NCBI GenBank assembly: GCA_046757165.1
Contig: JBHHXT010000066.1
Location: 1-23,057 of the forward strand
Length of the DNA stretch: 23,057 nt
Direction of reading: 5' to 3'
DNA from: a bacterium
GTDB lineage: Bacteria > Zhuqueibacterota > Zhuqueibacteria > Oceanimicrobiales > Oceanimicrobiaceae
In this document: positions 1 through 8,125 of the stretch, piece after piece
Layout: each line of letters starts with the position of its first letter
Numbering within the stretch: position 1 is the stretch's first letter
Made by a program: the position numbers and the translations under genes
The notes under the pieces: model-generated
The model's input: the letters and a program-made list of their open reading frames with translations, nothing else
What the model was told of the DNA's origin: nothing
Database searches by the model: none

Positions 1-50
1 GCAGAGCATGGGAGCGAGAGGTGGAGGGAAAGCAGAGCATGGGAGCGAGA
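1..50 (+). repeat. 19-bp direct repeat GCAGAGCATGGGAGCGAGA (1-19 and 32-50)
   Basis: Two exact copies 31 bp apart in a purine-rich stretch. The array may extend left of the window. Confidence 0.8.
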
Positions 51-99
51 TTCGAGGCGAGAGCTGAGCTGGTCTTGCCAAAACTGAAATGACAATCTC

Positions 100-1557
100 A
101 TGAATGAAATCTCCTTTACGAACCTGGACTTGATCGTTGTCTCTCCGGCTCTGTGCCTGGCGGGGACCGGTTTTCTTGTCGTCGTGCTGAGTCTGGCATT
201 ACGCCGGAGCGTGCGTACGCTCTTTCTGGGTGTGGCGCTCGCGGGTCTGGCGCTGGCAGCTTTCCTGACGGTCCGGCTGTGGGATGGCGGCGCGTCTGCG
301 TTCAACCAGATGTTGCTGGCGGATAATTTCGCGTTGACGTTTAATTTGATTTTCTTTGTTGGCGCGGCGCTCAGCATGCTCCTGGTCTTCAGCCAGCACG
401 AACAAGGTTACCTGCTCTATGCCGAGTTCTTTGCCGTGACCTTGTTCGCCACGGTTGGGATGGTGCTGATGGCCGCCAGCACCAACCTGTTGATTATTTT
501 CCTCGGCCTGGAAACACTATCCATCTCGCTTTACATTCTGGCCGGCCTCAAACGCACGGAACCTCGCTCCCTGGAGGCGGCATTCAAGTACTTCCTGCTC
601 GGCGCCTTCGCCAGCGCTTTCTTGCTCTACGGCGTCGCCTTCCTCTATGGGGTTGCGGGCAGCCTGGACTTGAGAGCGATCGCACGCTTGATCGCGAGTG
701 CAAGCTTCACAGAGAATCCTTTGCTGATACTCGGCACATTGCTCATTCTCATCGGACTCGGCTTCAAGGTTGCCATTTTCCCGTTCCACCTGTGGGCTCC
801 GGACGTCTACCAGGGCGCACCCACGCCGATCACGGCATTCATGTCCACCGGCTCAAAAGCAGCAGGATTTGCTGCCATGCTGCGCGTGCTCTTTTCCGCC
901 ACCAACGGCACTGCACCTGAAATTGCCGCCATCCTGGCGGTGGTGGCCGTTCTCACCATGTCGGTCGGCAATCTGGCGGCCATCGTGCAAACAAACATCA
1001 AACGCATGCTGGCTTACTCCTCGGTTGCGCACGCAGGCTATATCCTCGTCGGCCTGGTGGCGTGGAATGAGATCGGCGCCGCCAGCGTCATCTTCTACCT
1101 GCTGGCTTACACCTTCATGAACATCGGCGCCTTTGCGGTGGTCTCGTTCTTAGCCACAAAAGAAAAGGAAACGCTGGAATTGCGCGACTTTCGGGGGCTG
1201 GTCTATCGGGGGCCGTGGATTGCTCTGGTGATGGCCGTTTTTATGTTTGCCCTCGCCGGCTTGCCGCCAACGGCCGGCTTTGTGGGTAAGTTCTATTTGT
1301 TTTCAGCCGCCGTGAAGGCCGGGTATATTCCGCTGGTCATTCTTGCCGTCATCAACTCGATGGTTGCGCTCTATTACTATCTCGGTGTCGTCGTGCTGAT
1401 GTTCATGAAGGAGCCGGAAAAGCCACAGACAGTCTCTGGCCAGCCTGTGGCCGTTGCTGTGAGCCTGGCGTTAGCCGTTCTGGGCTCACTCGGCCTCGGC
1501 CTGTTTCCATCCTATTTTATGGAGACTTTGGAGCGAGTGATGAGTTACATGATGTGA
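100..1557 (+). CDS. nuoN: NADH-quinone oxidoreductase subunit N (complex I antiporter-like subunit)
   Basis: 485-aa highly hydrophobic protein with family motifs GLETLS (conserved Glu), EAAFKYFLLGA, GFKVAIFPFHLWAPDVYQGAP, IKRMLAYSSVAHAGY and GLPPTAGFVGKF. Confidence 0.95.
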   Translation: MNEISFTNLDLIVVSPALCLAGTGFLVVVLSLALRRSVRTLFLGVALAGLALAAFLTVRLWDGGASAFNQMLLADNFALTFNLIFFVGAALSMLLVFSQHEQGYLLYAEFFAVTLFATVGMVLMAASTNLLIIFLGLETLSISLYILAGLKRTEPRSLEAAFKYFLLGAFASAFLLYGVAFLYGVAGSLDLRAIARLIASASFTENPLLILGTLLILIGLGFKVAIFPFHLWAPDVYQGAPTPITAFMSTGSKAAGFAAMLRVLFSATNGTAPEIAAILAVVAVLTMSVGNLAAIVQTNIKRMLAYSSVAHAGYILVGLVAWNEIGAASVIFYLLAYTFMNIGAFAVVSFLATKEKETLELRDFRGLVYRGPWIALVMAVFMFALAGLPPTAGFVGKFYLFSAAVKAGYIPLVILAVINSMVALYYYLGVVVLMFMKEPEKPQTVSGQPVAVAVSLALAVLGSLGLGLFPSYFMETLERVMSYMM

Positions 1558-1569
1558 TGGCTGCGATTC

Positions 1570-2535
1570 ATGGCAGAAAAAAACATCTCCTACAAGAGGA
1601 CTTCTTCGATGAACAAAACCTATCTCGAGCTTCTCAAAGACGTCACGAACGACCGTCGATCAGGCGCCTGGGGCGTTGCGCGCAAGGCGATAACCTGTCT
1701 CGATCTGCTGGCCAAGGAAATGTCCGGCGCGCCCGCCGAAGAGCTGGTCGCGGAAGTCGAACGGGTCGGGGCCACGGTTCTCAAAGCCCAGCCGGCCATG
1801 GCGCAGTTGACCCACCTGTTCAACACCCTTTTTGTGATGATCGAAAACGAACCTTCCGCGGACAGCCTTGTGCTGTCGAGAAAAATCAGCGGCGAGGCGA
1901 AGCGCTTCTACGAGCACTGTGAGAACGCCGTGTCGAGGGCGGCAAACTATGGCGCAGCGTTGATCAACGAAGACAGCATGGTTCTGGTGCACAGCAACAG
2001 CAGCACGATTTTCGAGACCATCACGGCCGCGCACAACGCCGGCAAGACTTTTGAAGTGCTGCTCTCAGAGTCACGTCCGATCCTCGAAGGCCGCACCTGT
2101 GCCAGGGATCTGGCGAAGCTCGGCATCCCATCGACTTATTTCGTCGATGCGGCCATCGCCAAAGCCATCGAGCGGGCGGACATCATCTTGTTGGGGGCGG
2201 ACACGGTTTTTGAGAACACGCTCATCAACAAGATCGGCTCCCGAGCCATCTGTCTCCTGTCACGCGAGGCGGTCGTGCCCTGCTACGCGGCCTGCGAATC
2301 GAGCAAATTCATCTCCCGCAGATTAGGCCCGAAACGAGAGCCGCCCAGAGATCCGGCTGAAGTATGGGAAGAGCCACCGCCCGAGACGACCGTCGAAAAT
2401 ACCTATTTTGAAGAGGTCGCTCTGGAGCTTTTCAATGGCATCATCACCGAAGAGGGCATCTTCACGCCGGAGGAGATCGGCGGCAGAATTCGCTCACAAA
2501 AGATGAGCCCAAAACTATTCGAACTGTTAAAATAA
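1570..2535 (+). CDS. eIF-2B alpha/beta/delta family protein (aIF-2B / MtnA / ribose-1,5-bisphosphate isomerase superfamily), probably non-catalytic
   Basis: Motifs AQPAMA, VHSNSST, SESRPILEG, LGADTV, INKIGS, CESSKF, VENTYFE and IITEEG match the IF-2B fold. The HC catalytic motif is replaced by HS. Confidence 0.85.
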   Translation: MAEKNISYKRTSSMNKTYLELLKDVTNDRRSGAWGVARKAITCLDLLAKEMSGAPAEELVAEVERVGATVLKAQPAMAQLTHLFNTLFVMIENEPSADSLVLSRKISGEAKRFYEHCENAVSRAANYGAALINEDSMVLVHSNSSTIFETITAAHNAGKTFEVLLSESRPILEGRTCARDLAKLGIPSTYFVDAAIAKAIERADIILLGADTVFENTLINKIGSRAICLLSREAVVPCYAACESSKFISRRLGPKREPPRDPAEVWEEPPPETTVENTYFEEVALELFNGIITEEGIFTPEEIGGRIRSQKMSPKLFELLK

Positions 2536-2541
2536 ATAGCC

Positions 2542-4035
2542 ATGAAAGTTGTTCCTGAACAAGCGGTCTTGACAAAAGCGAAGGCAGATGTTCTGATCTT
2601 TGGCGTGTTCGAGAATGCGCCAGAGGTGCAGTCGACCCCGGAAGCAGCGCTGCAGTGGGCCAACAAAACGCCGGCGCTGTCACAAGACTTCAAAGGCAAA
2701 CCCGGGGAGTCCGCTTTGCTTTACACTGGCGGACAACTAGAGTCCGAACGCTTGCTGCTGGTCGGATTGGGCGAGAGCACGAAGTATGACCTGAGCGTTC
2801 TGCGCAAAGCTATCGGAGGTGCGGTCAATCAGTTGCAGAAATATGACCTGAGGAAAGCATCGGTGGCACTGGAGAGCTTTCTCAGCAGCGGCATGGACAT
2901 TGAGAGCGCGGCTCAGGCCATCGTTGAGACTGCGCATCTCGCTTCCTACCGCTATGAGCAGTTCAAGAACGCAGAAAAAGAGGGATCGAAAAGCATCAAA
3001 GAATTGCACCTGCTTGTGACAGACCACAAGAATGAACAACCTGCACAAGCCGGCGCCAACCGTGGGCAGCTCATTGCAGACGGCGTCAATCTTGCCCGCG
3101 ACTTGCAGAACCACCCGGGCAACTGGCTGACGCCCAAAAAGCTGGCCACCGTCGCCCGCAGCCTGGCCAAGGAAACGGGCTTGACATGCGAAGTCCTGGG
3201 CAAACCCGAAATGCAAAAGCTTCAGATGGGGGCACTGCTGGCCGTGGCAAAAGGCAGCAGCGAACCGCCGCGGTTCATCATCCTGCAGCACCACGCGCAG
3301 GGATCCAAAACGGACACGATCGTGCTGGTCGGCAAAGGCATCACCTTTGACAGCGGCGGCATCTCCATCAAGCCGGGCGACAAGATGGAGGAGATGAAGT
3401 TTGACATGTCTGGCGCGGCCGCTGTCCTGGCGACGATGAAGGTCGTGGCTGAGCTCAATCTGCCGCTCCACGTTGTCGGTCTCATTCCAAGCGCCGAGAA
3501 CTTGCCCAGCGCCACCGCCACCAGACCCGGGGACATCCTGACGGCCAGCTCCGGCACCACCATCGAAGTCATCAACACCGACGCAGAGGGCCGTCTGATC
3601 CTGGCCGATGCGCTCACCTATGCCAGGCGATTCAAACCCAAAGCCGTCGTAGATTTGGCCACGTTGACGGGCGCCTGTGTTGTCGCACTCGGCCACCACG
3701 CCAGCGGGCTGATGGGCAACGATCAGGCGCTCATCGACCAGCTAAGAGAAGCTGGCGAGAAGGCCGGTGAACGGGTCTGGCCGCTGCCGCTCTGGCAGGA
3801 GTACTATGACGACATCAAAAGCGACTACGCCGATATCAAAAATTCCGCTGGCCGGTTCGGCGGGGTCATCACCGCTGCTGCTTTCCTGGGGACGTTCGCC
3901 CGGGACTACCGCTGGGCCCACCTCGATATCGCCGGCACGGCGTGGACGACGCAGAAAAAGGATTACTTCGAGAAGGGCGGCACCGGGGTTGGAGTGCGGT
4001 TGTTGATTGAATTCTTGAGGGGCCGGGTCGGCTGA
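2542..4035 (+). CDS. pepA: Leucyl aminopeptidase, peptidase family M17
   Basis: Metal-binding motifs GKGITFDSGG, MKFDMSGA and NTDAEGRL, plus DLATLTGA and WAHLDIAG. Length 497 aa. Confidence 0.96.
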   Translation: MKVVPEQAVLTKAKADVLIFGVFENAPEVQSTPEAALQWANKTPALSQDFKGKPGESALLYTGGQLESERLLLVGLGESTKYDLSVLRKAIGGAVNQLQKYDLRKASVALESFLSSGMDIESAAQAIVETAHLASYRYEQFKNAEKEGSKSIKELHLLVTDHKNEQPAQAGANRGQLIADGVNLARDLQNHPGNWLTPKKLATVARSLAKETGLTCEVLGKPEMQKLQMGALLAVAKGSSEPPRFIILQHHAQGSKTDTIVLVGKGITFDSGGISIKPGDKMEEMKFDMSGAAAVLATMKVVAELNLPLHVVGLIPSAENLPSATATRPGDILTASSGTTIEVINTDAEGRLILADALTYARRFKPKAVVDLATLTGACVVALGHHASGLMGNDQALIDQLREAGEKAGERVWPLPLWQEYYDDIKSDYADIKNSAGRFGGVITAAAFLGTFARDYRWAHLDIAGTAWTTQKKDYFEKGGTGVGVRLLIEFLRGRVG

Positions 4036-4102
4036 GTTCATCGGGTCACCAAAACAAGCTGCACGACAAGTCATACCACATCCTCGCTGAAAGCAAAAAA
4101 TG

Positions 4103-4137
4103 TTGCAACTCTCGAGAGTTTTGCTAAATTTAATACG
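4103..4137 (+). promoter_or_regulatory. Putative sigma70 promoter for the Rpn gene, with a 14-bp palindrome; probably leaderless
   Basis: TTGCAA (4103-4108), 16-nt spacer, TGcTAAATT extended -10 (hexamer 4125-4130), then 7 nt to ATG 4138 with no SD. Perfect palindrome AACTCTCGAGAGTT at 4107-4120. Confidence 0.55.
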
Positions 4138-5088
4138 ATGAAAACAGATTCGTTTTTCTACAAGTATTTCAAGGAATTTCCTGATGCCTTCTTTGCCTTA
4201 CTTACCGGAGACGAAAGCAAGGCTGACAATTATGATTTTAGATCGGTTGAAATCAAAGAGCTGTCATTTAGATTCGATGGCATCTTCCTTCCACGAACTC
4301 AAGACGATTTCATCTATTTTGTCGAAGTGCAGTTTGCCAGGGATCACAAATTCTATGCCCGCTTTTTCAGTGAAATCTTTCTTTTTCTGCGACAAGACGA
4401 ACCGGAAAACAACTGGCGTGCGGTGGTCATCTTTCCGAACGAGAGCGTCGACCCGGGAATCCACTCCCATTATCAGGAATTTTTTGATTCAAAGCGATTG
4501 CTGCGAGTTTACCTGGCCGCCCTGCCCAAGGAGCTTCTGGCAACATTTCCGCTCAATCTGCTTCAAATCATTACTGCGCACGACGAAGAAGTCATTGACA
4601 TCGCTCAGAATGTTGTCGACCATGTCTCGAAAGAGATTCACGACGCGAACCTGAAGGAAAGAACTGTTGATTTGCTCATAGGCCTGCTTCTGAGCAAGCT
4701 TGCTAACCTGACAAGAGAGGAGATAGAAAAAATGGTTGAACCCATGATTTCAGATATCAAGAAGACAAACTTCTATCAAGAAGTGAAAAAAGAGGGAATT
4801 GAGGAAGGGATAGAAAAGGGAATACAAAAGGGAATACAAAAGGGAATGCAAAAGGGAATGCAAAAAGGCATGGAAGAGGGTCTGGAGAAAGGAATAGAAA
4901 AAGGCTTGATACAAACAATTCATGACATCCTGGAAATAAAATTTGGCCCGGATGGCTTGCGGCTGTTCGAACAGAGCAAAAAAGCCATACCCCTTAGAAT
5001 ACTGGAAGAAATTCGAGTCGGCCTAAAAAAAGCACAATCTCTGCAGGAAGCAGAAAACGTCATGAAGAAGGCCCACGAGGTCACATAG
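4138..5088 (+). CDS. Rpn family recombination-promoting nuclease / putative transposase (DUF2887-like, PD-(D/E)xK)
   Basis: N-terminus MKTDSFFYKYF, SVEIKELSFRFDGIF and YFVEVQF (PD-(D/E)xK-type core), WRAVVIFP. C-terminal EGIEEGIEKG repeats followed by LEIKFG. Visibly more AT-rich than its neighbours. Confidence 0.88.
   Translation: MKTDSFFYKYFKEFPDAFFALLTGDESKADNYDFRSVEIKELSFRFDGIFLPRTQDDFIYFVEVQFARDHKFYARFFSEIFLFLRQDEPENNWRAVVIFPNESVDPGIHSHYQEFFDSKRLLRVYLAALPKELLATFPLNLLQIITAHDEEVIDIAQNVVDHVSKEIHDANLKERTVDLLIGLLLSKLANLTREEIEKMVEPMISDIKKTNFYQEVKKEGIEEGIEKGIQKGIQKGMQKGMQKGMEEGLEKGIEKGLIQTIHDILEIKFGPDGLRLFEQSKKAIPLRILEEIRVGLKKAQSLQEAENVMKKAHEVT
4795..4908 (+). repeat. 12-bp coding tandem repeat encoding G-[ILM]-[EQ]-[KE]
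   Basis: AAAAGGGAATAC x2 (4814-4837) and AAAAGGGAATGC x2 (4838-4861), flanked by degenerate units. Protein GIEE GIEK GIQK GIQK GMQK GMQK GMEE GLEK GIEK GL. Confidence 0.9.
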
Positions 5089-5164
5089 AGTTGCAAACCG
5101 TGTTGGATCAGGCTTACATCTCGTCCCAAAATGGGGAGATAGACAAGACCGGTAAGATTTCGGC

Positions 5165-5240
5165 TTGCTTTTCACAAAGACGAGTGTTAAGTTGACGTAA
5201 TCTCCTTGCCCGCTCGCTAGGCTGGTCCATACGATGGACC
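5165..5240 (+). promoter_or_regulatory. Candidate sigma70 promoter and 5' hairpin upstream of the first secreted-protein gene
   Basis: TTGCTT (5165-5170), 17-nt spacer, TGtTAAGTT (hexamer 5188-5193). Perfect 7-bp stem GGTCCAT-ACG-ATGGACC at 5224-5240. Confidence 0.3.
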
Positions 5241-5255
5241 TTTGCGGTGAGATCC

Positions 5256-7784
5256 ATGAACACATTGCAACGAACAGTTTTTCTCTTGCTCCTTTTTGCT
5301 GATCACGCGAGTGCACAGGAGACTTTTCACATCTCCTCTGAGCCAACGCCGGCTCAATTTATCCAGGACGACCCGGTGCTGTTTAATGGCCCCAACGAAG
5401 AATTCATTGTGGTGTGGCGCGATTACCGCGACGGCCACCCGGCGTATTATGCCCAGCGATTCGATGCAGAAGCAAAGCCAAAACTGACGAACTTCAAGAT
5501 TCTCTCTAACGAAGCACTGGCTTTTGGCCCAAACAGCGTCTTCGCTTCTTTCGGTCATCAATTCTTTTTCGAGCCGCCGATCGAGCTTTATCAGGGCTTT
5601 CTGCAAATCTCTGGACCCACCGGAATCATGATGGAGCCGGCAAAAGTGACCGAGTTCTGGGTGCCACCGGATTTCGTCGGCTGCCCGGCCTTTGGCTCTG
5701 CTCTGGCTGCAACTCGAGCGGGCTACGTCCTGGGGGATGCTTATAATTCCGAATTCCGTATTCTTGGCTTCGACTCCGCAGGCCAGCACACCTTTTCCAT
5801 GCCCGATAGTCTGCTGCCAGGCTACGATGCGTTCGGTTTTGCCCTGGCTGCGCTCCCTGGCGGCAGCTTCGCATATTTCTGGATTGGCGCGGGTCAGGAC
5901 TTCACGGGCGAAACCGTCGCACTTTACGGCTATTTTTTTGATGCCGCACAAGCGGTGCTCGCGGACAGCGTTGTTCTCGCAACGTTTCATGGCTTTGCCC
6001 CTGCCTGCGACGCCGGCTACACGATGCGGGCGATGAGCCTGTCCGATTCACTCTACCAGCTTTTTTATTCCGTCGAGGATACCCTCCGCTACCTGACGTG
6101 CAACCGTGATGGCGTTATCAACCAACCCATCCGCGCCAGCGGCTCAGAACGCCCATCCGGCGTGCCCGCCGACGTGCGCCCACGGACCCTGGCTCCCGGC
6201 ATCTCGAATATCAAGGCCGGCACATTCACCGTGCTCGGCGGCGTGCGGTATTATTGGCATGATGGCCAGAATTGGCGAACGGTCAACCAAACCACGAAGT
6301 ACGAATTCACGACCGCCGGACAGCTCATCGACGCCTTTAGCCAACCGACTTCTTTCTCTGAGATTCGCAACCTCCGAAGAGTCGATGTGATGCATTCGCA
6401 ATTGCCTCTGACGATCGGGGAAGACATTTACCTGCATAATCTGGCTCACCTGACGCTGCTGGATAGCACGAAGCTCAACGATGACCAAGCTGGCGCGAAC
6501 CAGCGCCACCCCTCCGTGATTGGCGGGCCAGATGAAACCTTTCTGGTTTCATGGTTTGATGAACGGGGCAGGAAATCGCGCATGATCGACGCCAAGGGCG
6601 TACCCATTGGCGACGAATTCAGCATCGATTTCATCGACGGGGCGTTCTTCCCCTCTGGTGAATTTCTTGCCTTTTGGAAAGCGGAGAGCAGCAAGGTCTT
6701 CACGCTGGGATACAGGATTTACTCGCAAGAGTGGCAGATCACCCATGACGGGGTGCTGGCACGGAGAGGCGAGAGCCAATTCTGGATGAACGCAAAAACC
6801 ACCCTGCGCGACGACGATTCTTTCGTGGTGCTGCTACAGGATTCTACTGATTTGCATTTGCTCACCCTCTCCAAAACCGGGGGCGTCGAGGCAGACAGGG
6901 TGGTTGCGCAGGGTCAGAATCCCACGCCGGTCAAAATCGCCCTCGACCCGGCCGGCTTCCTCTGGAGTGTGTGGCGCTCCGATACGCGGTGGATTTGGAA
7001 TGTTCGCGCTTTTGACCTGGCTTTTCACGGTCTTTCCACCATCACGGAGATCGAACATCTCCTGGCGGGCCAGATCGACTTTGTCGGCTCCGGCCGGTTT
7101 GCTTATTTGCGCCGACAAAGCTTCCCCAAAGAACCAGGAATCTACCTCTTTCTTGAGGATACGCTGAGCAAAGAGCCGCTGGCCGAGACATTAATTGCAC
7201 CCAATGCAGCTCGTTCTGTTCAACTTCAAACTTTGCGCAAAAACCGTGTTCACCTCAGTTGGGTTGCCGACCGGACACTCTGGTCGCGTTCGTTTGACAG
7301 GGCTGGTGTTCCATTGCGTGACGCCATTGCAGTTTATTCATCCGGGCTGACGAAGGAGCTGCAGGGCACCTACGCGGTGAGTGGGGACAAGGTGTTGTTC
7401 GTCTGGTCAGATGCCGTCATCCCGGGTAACGGATTTGATATCCTTGGCAAAACGCTGGACGTACCCTTTGTGACAAGAGTGGAGACAGACCGGTTGCTGC
7501 CAGCCAGATTCACCCTGCACCAGAACTACCCCAACCCCTTTAATCCTGAAACCAGTATCGAGTATGAAATTGCCAGGCCAGGTCACGTCCTGATCACCAT
7601 TCATAATGTCCTGGGCCAGCGGGTGCGCACGCTGGTCGACAGGGTTCAAGCCGCGGGCAGCTACCGTACTGTGTGGGATGGCCGAGATGAACATGGCAAA
7701 TCAGTTGCCAGCGGGCTATATTTTTGTTCATTGAAAGCGGAAGAATCGACGATGCTATCAAAAAGACTGCTCTTGCTCAAATAA
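5256..7784 (+). CDS. Secreted repeat (probable beta-propeller) protein with C-terminal T9SS type-A/FlgD-Ig-like sorting domain
   Basis: ATG 5256 follows GGTGAG (the track starts at GTG 5247). Signal peptide ends HASA|Q. Repeat-like motifs FIVVWRDYRDG..YYAQRFD, NQRHPSV..FLVSWFD and FVWSD..GFDILG. C-terminus LHQNYPNPFNPET...WDGRDEHGKSVASGLYF...KRLLLLK. Confidence 0.85.
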   Translation: MNTLQRTVFLLLLFADHASAQETFHISSEPTPAQFIQDDPVLFNGPNEEFIVVWRDYRDGHPAYYAQRFDAEAKPKLTNFKILSNEALAFGPNSVFASFGHQFFFEPPIELYQGFLQISGPTGIMMEPAKVTEFWVPPDFVGCPAFGSALAATRAGYVLGDAYNSEFRILGFDSAGQHTFSMPDSLLPGYDAFGFALAALPGGSFAYFWIGAGQDFTGETVALYGYFFDAAQAVLADSVVLATFHGFAPACDAGYTMRAMSLSDSLYQLFYSVEDTLRYLTCNRDGVINQPIRASGSERPSGVPADVRPRTLAPGISNIKAGTFTVLGGVRYYWHDGQNWRTVNQTTKYEFTTAGQLIDAFSQPTSFSEIRNLRRVDVMHSQLPLTIGEDIYLHNLAHLTLLDSTKLNDDQAGANQRHPSVIGGPDETFLVSWFDERGRKSRMIDAKGVPIGDEFSIDFIDGAFFPSGEFLAFWKAESSKVFTLGYRIYSQEWQITHDGVLARRGESQFWMNAKTTLRDDDSFVVLLQDSTDLHLLTLSKTGGVEADRVVAQGQNPTPVKIALDPAGFLWSVWRSDTRWIWNVRAFDLAFHGLSTITEIEHLLAGQIDFVGSGRFAYLRRQSFPKEPGIYLFLEDTLSKEPLAETLIAPNAARSVQLQTLRKNRVHLSWVADRTLWSRSFDRAGVPLRDAIAVYSSGLTKELQGTYAVSGDKVLFVWSDAVIPGNGFDILGKTLDVPFVTRVETDRLLPARFTLHQNYPNPFNPETSIEYEIARPGHVLITIHNVLGQRVRTLVDRVQAAGSYRTVWDGRDEHGKSVASGLYFCSLKAEESTMLSKRLLLLK

Positions 7785-7794
7785 GGAGACAGCG

Positions 7795-7900
7795 ATGAAC
7801 ATGTCAAAAACACCATGGCTGGTTTTTTCGTTCCTCTGCTTAGTCTCGAAAACAGGATTTAGCCAGGAAGGAGATGAGTTTATCCGCAGGCAGGCAAAAC
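7795..7900 (+). pseudogene. 5' remnant (RBS plus signal peptide) of a secreted-protein gene
   Basis: AAGGAGA SD at 7783-7789, ATG 7795, MNMSKTPWLVFSFLCLVSKTGFS|QEGDEFI. The rest of the 161-aa ORF looks non-coding and overlaps the next gene out of frame. The right boundary is approximate. Confidence 0.45.
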
Positions 7901-8125
7901 GCTGGCTCGCATACGGTGAGCTGGGATGGTCGGGACGAGCGCGGACAGGCATTGGCTTCAGGGATCTATCCGTACCGGCTGATGGCTGGCGGGCAGGTGC
8001 AAGTGCGGCGGATGGTGGCGGTGCAGTGAACTCCACCGTAACCAAAATTTTTCCAGTCGACAGCAATTTTTCCCGTCCGCGGCTTTTTGAAGGAAAAAGA
8101 GAAAAAAGAAAGAGGAGAATACCCC

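Noticed and set aside
1..50. CRISPR array edge
   Set aside because: The 19-bp repeat with a 12-bp spacer is too short, there are only two copies, and no cas genes are present.
2737..3699. 320-aa minus-strand ORF
   Set aside because: Antisense shadow of pepA with no recognisable motifs.
4138..5088. Rpn gene as an IS element
   Set aside because: No terminal inverted repeats or target duplication were found, and Rpn proteins are not demonstrated transposases.
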